Assembly (NCBI GenBank): GCA_963786105.1
Contig: CAWAXX010000008.1
Span: forward strand, 31,667-95,666
DNA length: 64,000 nt
Direction of reading: 5' to 3'
From: Vulcanimicrobiota bacterium
Lineage (GTDB): Bacteria > Vulcanimicrobiota > Vulcanimicrobiia > Vulcanimicrobiales > Vulcanimicrobiaceae
The notes below the pieces were generated by a model. It had not been told where the DNA came from, did no database searches, and saw only the letters and a list, made by a program, of their open reading frames with translations. Position numbers and translations under genes: made by a program. Below, piece by piece: positions 59,638 through 64,000 of the stretch. Numbering within the stretch: the stretch's first letter is position 1; each line of letters opens with the position of its first letter.

Positions 59638-60084
59638 GTGAAGCTCATTCTTCTCACCGATGTGAAGTCGCTCGGTAAGAAGGGCGACGTCGTCGACGTC
59701 GCGGAGGGGTACGCCCGCAACTTTCTCGTACCGCGCAAGCTCGCGACCGAGGCCGACAAAGGCGCGCTCGCGCAGCTCGGCTCGCAGCAAAATGCGCAGC
59801 GAAAGCGCGACGCGCAAGTGCTTGCCGACGCGAAAGCGCTCGCTCAACGGCTGGAATCGGCGAAGGTGGCGGTCAAGGCGAAAGCCGGCGGCAACGGTAA
59901 GCTTTTCGGTGCCGTGACGAACGCCGACGTGGCGTCGGCGATTGCCGAAACGCTCGCGGTGGCGATCGATAAGCACAAGATCGAACTCAAGAGCACGATC
60001 AAAGCGCTCGGCTCGTACCCGGTCGAGATCAAGCTTCACAAGAACGTCGTCGCCAAAGCCACCGTCGACGTCGTCGCGACCTAA
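59638..60084 (+). CDS. rplI: 50S ribosomal protein L9
   Basis: [27 protein letters not shown]. Confidence 0.97.
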   Translation: MKLILLTDVKSLGKKGDVVDVAEGYARNFLVPRKLATEADKGALAQLGSQQNAQRKRDAQVLADAKALAQRLESAKVAVKAKAGGNGKLFGAVTNADVASAIAETLAVAIDKHKIELKSTIKALGSYPVEIKLHKNVVAKATVDVVAT

Positions 60085-60097
60085 GCAGGCGAGCGTC

Positions 60098-62074
60098 ATG
60101 GCGGGAGGCGCGCAGCACTCGTACGTGTCGCGCTTTCGGCGTAAGTTCGGCGTCGAAGACGAACTAAACCGGTACGTTACGGCGCTCTACGAAATGCTGA
60201 CGGCCGTGCTCGGCCCGGACAAGATCGTCTTGCGAGCCGGAAAGGTGAACGCACTGCGCATGATGCGTTCCCAGCAGCTTCCCGACCGGCTCTGCGCGTT
60301 ACAACGCTTGGTTTTCGAAAACCCGACGCTCGAACGGATCACGACGCGCGCGCAACAGCGCAAAACGATCGCCGAAATCGAAGAAGCGATGGCCGATACG
60401 ATCGCCCAACGGCACGCCGAGGACGCGATCGAGCGACGCGTCAACGAAAAGATGGCCGAGCGCCACGACGAGTATCTCAAGGATCTCAAACTCGAGGCGC
60501 TACGCGAGAGCGGCGGCCCGGAAACGCCTGCGTCGCAGGCCAAACTCGAAGAACTCGAAGCGCTGTCGCAGCGGACGCTGGCGGCTTCGGCGTTGCAGCA
60601 ACTGCGACCGCAATCTCTGCGCGACATCGTCGGGCAGGAAGCGGCGATCAAAGCGCTGCTGGCAAAAATCACCTCGCCGTATCCGCAGCACGTCATCCTG
60701 TACGGGCCGCCCGGGGTAGGGAAGACGACCGTCGCGCGGCTGGTCTTGGAAGTCGCCAAAGCCCGGCCGTATACGCCGTTTGCGAAGAACGCGCCGTTCG
60801 TCGAAGCCAGCGGCACGACGCTACGGTGGGATCCACGCGAAATTATCAACCCGCTGCTCGGCAGCGTTCACGATCCGATCTTTCAGGGCAGCCGGCGAGA
60901 ATTCGCCGAAGCGGGCGTTCCCGAGCCGAAACTTGGTTTGGTGACCAAGGCGCACGGCGGCGTCCTGTTCATCGACGAGATCGGCGAAATGGACGCGTCG
61001 TTGCAGTCGCGGCTGCTCAAGGTGCTCGAAGACAAGCGCGTGAACTTCGAGTCGTCGTATTACGACGAGAGCGCGCCGAATGTTCCCGAATACGTCAAGC
61101 GGCTGTTTCGCGAAGGTGCGCCGGCCGATTTCATTTTGATCGGCGCGACCACGCGCGAACCCGACGACATCGACCCGGCGATCCGCTCGCGTTGCGCGGA
61201 AATCTTCTTCTCGCCGTTGACCCAGCATCAAGTCGTATCGATCGTGCAAGGCGCGATCAAACGCCTCGGCTCGCGGGCCGCTCGCGGCGTTCCGCGCTTA
61301 ATCGCGTCGTACACGATCGAAGGGCGGAAGGCGGTGCAAATCGTCGCCGACGCATACGGGCAGACCCTCTACCGGCTTTATCCGCGCAAGCGTGCCGAGG
61401 TGACCAAGAATCCAGTCATCGGCGAAGACGACGTGCTGGCGGTCGTGCAAACGAGTCGCTTGGTTCAGCACACGCTGGTGAAAGCGCGAGCGACGCGCGA
61501 GATCGGAAAGACCTTCGGCTTGGGCGTGTTGCACTACCTCGGCAGCATCATCGAAATCGAAGCGGTCGCGTTTCCCGCGTCTGTGGCCGGCAAAGGCACC
61601 ATACGATTCAACGATACTGCCGGGACGATGGCCAAAGATTCGGTCTTCAACGCCACCAGCGTCATGCGCGCGATCGCCGGAATCGATACGGCCGACTTCG
61701 ACCTGCACATCAACGTGGTCGGGGGAGGCAACATCGACGGTCCTTCCGCGGGCCTGGCGATCTTTCTCGCGCTCTACTCGGCGATCACCAAGACGCCGCT
61801 GCCCCAGGACGTCGCGATCACCGGTGAGTTGTCGATTCAAGGGAAGGTGCGCGCCGTCGGCGGCGTAGTCGAAAAACTTTATGCGGCGCGGCAGTCCGGG
61901 ATGCGCCGGGTGCTCCTGCCCAAAGAGAACTCGCGTGAAGTAGATGCGGCGCTCAGCGGCATCGAGGTTGTGCCGGTGACCCGCGTAGACCAGGTCTTGC
62001 GGGAACTTCATATGCACAGCCGGTCCACAAGGCGTTCACCGGTACCGCGCCGCAGAGCCGCACGACGTCCGTGA
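60098..62074 (+). CDS. lonC: LonC-type ATP-dependent protease
   Basis: YGPPGVGKTT, LFIDEIGE, DGPSAG and EK Ser-Lys dyad; rplI-lonC-dnaB synteny. Confidence 0.88.
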   Translation: MAGGAQHSYVSRFRRKFGVEDELNRYVTALYEMLTAVLGPDKIVLRAGKVNALRMMRSQQLPDRLCALQRLVFENPTLERITTRAQQRKTIAEIEEAMADTIAQRHAEDAIERRVNEKMAERHDEYLKDLKLEALRESGGPETPASQAKLEELEALSQRTLAASALQQLRPQSLRDIVGQEAAIKALLAKITSPYPQHVILYGPPGVGKTTVARLVLEVAKARPYTPFAKNAPFVEASGTTLRWDPREIINPLLGSVHDPIFQGSRREFAEAGVPEPKLGLVTKAHGGVLFIDEIGEMDASLQSRLLKVLEDKRVNFESSYYDESAPNVPEYVKRLFREGAPADFILIGATTREPDDIDPAIRSRCAEIFFSPLTQHQVVSIVQGAIKRLGSRAARGVPRLIASYTIEGRKAVQIVADAYGQTLYRLYPRKRAEVTKNPVIGEDDVLAVVQTSRLVQHTLVKARATREIGKTFGLGVLHYLGSIIEIEAVAFPASVAGKGTIRFNDTAGTMAKDSVFNATSVMRAIAGIDTADFDLHINVVGGGNIDGPSAGLAIFLALYSAITKTPLPQDVAITGELSIQGKVRAVGGVVEKLYAARQSGMRRVLLPKENSREVDAALSGIEVVPVTRVDQVLRELHMHSRSTRRSPVPRRRAARRP

Positions 62075-63444
62075 GCGCACAACCGTTACCCTCGCCGATC
62101 GACCGCATTCCGCCCCACAATCTCGAGGCGGAGATGGCCGTGCTCGGCTCGATTCTCGTCGACAAGGCCATGATGGGCGAGGTCGGACAGGTGATAAAAC
62201 CGTCCGATTTCTACGCGCACGTCCACGAAACGATTTTTTCCGTGCTCTTGTTTCTTTTCGAGCACGACGAGCCGATCGATAAGATTACCGTCAGCGAAGA
62301 GTTGCGCAACCGCGACGCGCTCGATCGCGTCGGCGGCATCTCGTATATCAGCGCGTTGATGGACACCGTCCAGTCGGCGGCGTCGGCGCGCTACTATGCG
62401 ACGATCATCAAGGAAAAGGCCGCGTTGCGCGCGCTCATCGGCGCCGGGACGCTGGTCACGCAACTGGGTTACGAAGGAGAAGAAGACGTCGCCGGCTCGC
62501 TCGACCGGGCGCAGCAACTCGTTTATACGATCGGCGAAGAGCGCGGAGCGAAGGAATTCAAACCGGTAAAGAGCCTGCTGAAAGACGCCTTCGACAGCAT
62601 CGATCGCCTGTATCATCTGCGAGGCGATCGCACCGGACTCACGTCGGGTTTTGCCGACATCGACGCGATGACGACCGGATTTCAACCCGGAAACTTCATC
62701 ATCATCGCCGCCCGGCCTGGCATGGGAAAAACGTCGTTCGCGCTCAACATGGCGGTAGCCGCGGCGCGCGAGGCGGGCGAGCCGATCGCGTTCTTCTCGC
62801 TCGAAATGTCGAACAACGAGCTGATTCAGCGCCTGATCTGCTCGGAAGCCCGCATTTCGATGAACGACATGCGACGCGGCAACATCAAGCCGCATCAATG
62901 GGAGGACATCTCCCGCGCGATGGAAACGCTCGACCATCTGCCGATCTACCTCGACGACGTTGGCGCGCTCACCGTGAGCGACGTGCGCAACCGTTGCCGG
63001 CTGCTCAAGAAAACGTCGGGGAGTACGCTGGGCGCGATCTTCATCGATTACTTGCAGCTCGTGCGTCCCGGCGTCTTGGCGCGCAACAGCAACCGCAACG
63101 AAGAGCTCTCCGAAATCTGTCGCACGCTCAAGATGACGGCTAAGGAACTCGGCGTCCCGATTGTCGCGCTCGCGCAGCTCAATCGAGCGGTCGAGAGCCG
63201 CCAGGAAAAACGGCCGATGCTCGCCGACTTGCGCGACTCAGGTTCGCTCGAACAAGAAGCCGACATCGTCGCGTTCCTATTTCGCGACGGCTACTACAAC
63301 CCGGAAGCGCCGGACGCCGACGTCACCGAGTTCATCATCGCCAAGCATCGCAACGGCCCGACCGGCACCGTGAGGCTGCGCTTCCAGCAGGAGTTCACGC
63401 TGTTCGTGCCCTACGGCGACGAATCGCACTTCCCAATGCCGTAA
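62071..63444 (+). CDS. dnaB: Replicative DNA helicase
   Basis: PPHNLEAE, AARPGMGKTS, IDYLQL, QLNRAVE, DLRDSGSLEQEAD, KHRNGPTG; no intein. Confidence 0.98.
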   Translation: MSAQPLPSPIDRIPPHNLEAEMAVLGSILVDKAMMGEVGQVIKPSDFYAHVHETIFSVLLFLFEHDEPIDKITVSEELRNRDALDRVGGISYISALMDTVQSAASARYYATIIKEKAALRALIGAGTLVTQLGYEGEEDVAGSLDRAQQLVYTIGEERGAKEFKPVKSLLKDAFDSIDRLYHLRGDRTGLTSGFADIDAMTTGFQPGNFIIIAARPGMGKTSFALNMAVAAAREAGEPIAFFSLEMSNNELIQRLICSEARISMNDMRRGNIKPHQWEDISRAMETLDHLPIYLDDVGALTVSDVRNRCRLLKKTSGSTLGAIFIDYLQLVRPGVLARNSNRNEELSEICRTLKMTAKELGVPIVALAQLNRAVESRQEKRPMLADLRDSGSLEQEADIVAFLFRDGYYNPEAPDADVTEFIIAKHRNGPTGTVRLRFQQEFTLFVPYGDESHFPMP

Positions 63445-63445
63445 G

Positions 63446-63913
63446 TCACGTGGCATCCCGAGCCGAGCGAGCGATAGCGAGCGCAGTCGAAGGACGTGTT
63501 TCCTCGGCGCGCTCGTCGCGCAGGTTGCTGAAGAACTCGATGGCGGTATCGCGCAACGCGTCGAGCAGCCGGCCGAAATGCGGGCGAATCTCGTCGGAGC
63601 TGCCGACGCACAGCTCGACGGTGAAGAGCGCGTCGCGTTCTTCTTCCCAAATCGCCGTCTTGACGAATTTCTTGCGGACGTTCAGGGCGTTGGCGGCGAC
63701 GCTCGCCTCTTGAAGTTCGATCTCGGGCGGAAGCGCCCAGCCGGACCCGATCATCACGAAGTTCGGATCGTCCCGATAACCGACGACGAAGTACCGGTCG
63801 CCTTCGCTCTTGAAGGTAATGCGAAGCGCTTCTTCATCGTTGTCGCGCGTATACAGCAATCCTTCGTCTTCGATCGCCGCTTCGATCGGCACCAAATGGT
63901 CGGCGTCGTTCAT
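63446..63913 (-). CDS. YbjN-like protein
   Basis: Acidic 155 aa protein with ANALNVRKKFVK helix-strand pattern. Confidence 0.55.
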   Translation of the reverse strand: MNDADHLVPIEAAIEDEGLLYTRDNDEEALRITFKSEGDRYFVVGYRDDPNFVMIGSGWALPPEIELQEASVAANALNVRKKFVKTAIWEEERDALFTVELCVGSSDEIRPHFGRLLDALRDTAIEFFSNLRDERAEETRPSTALAIARSARDAT

Positions 63914-64000
63914 CGTTCGCCCTTCATGAACTGCCGAATGAACTTGTCGGCGGCCGCCTTGCTTTCGCTGCGATCCACCATGCGGTCGACGGCACCGGTT
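63910..64000 (-). CDS. 3' end of an unidentified CDS
   Basis: Open frame ..VDRMVDRSESKAAADKFIRQFMKGER* with ATGA overlap to the next gene. Confidence 0.5.
   Translation of the reverse strand, partial: TGAVDRMVDRSESKAAADKFIRQFMKGER

Overview
GC-rich bacterial chromosomal window. The gene repertoire (NHL-repeat lipoproteins, phosphoesterases, Pro-Thr-rich secreted proteins) and Bacillota-like housekeeping synteny suggest Candidatus Eremiobacterota/Vulcanimicrobiota; this is inference only. Housekeeping anchors are greA-lysS, truA-rplM-rpsI, secD-secF...apt-relA, rpsF-ssb and rpsR-rplI-lonC-dnaB. The standout is a ~13.8 kb flagellum-derived type III export cluster (10348-24108). It has a complete export gate (fliPQR, flhBA), FliH/FliI, miniature FlgB/FlgC/FliE, one rod/hook-like protein and FliM/FliN-like genes. 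Its FliF carries a fused FliG-middle-like domain with no FliG torque domain. No stator, flagellin, hook cap or junction genes are present in the window, and a double-motif aspartyl protease and metF are embedded in the cluster. Other notable items: a HIRAN-RecQ-like helicase in the usual recJ slot; a microhomology-joined Nudix::helicase chimeric relic; two unannotated small Cys/His proteins; a structured leader before rpsR; an operator-controlled membrane protein/wHTH/cis-prenyltransferase module; and six +1 frameshifts near the left end that are probably sequencing errors. No rRNA, tRNA, CRISPR array or transposase was recognised.
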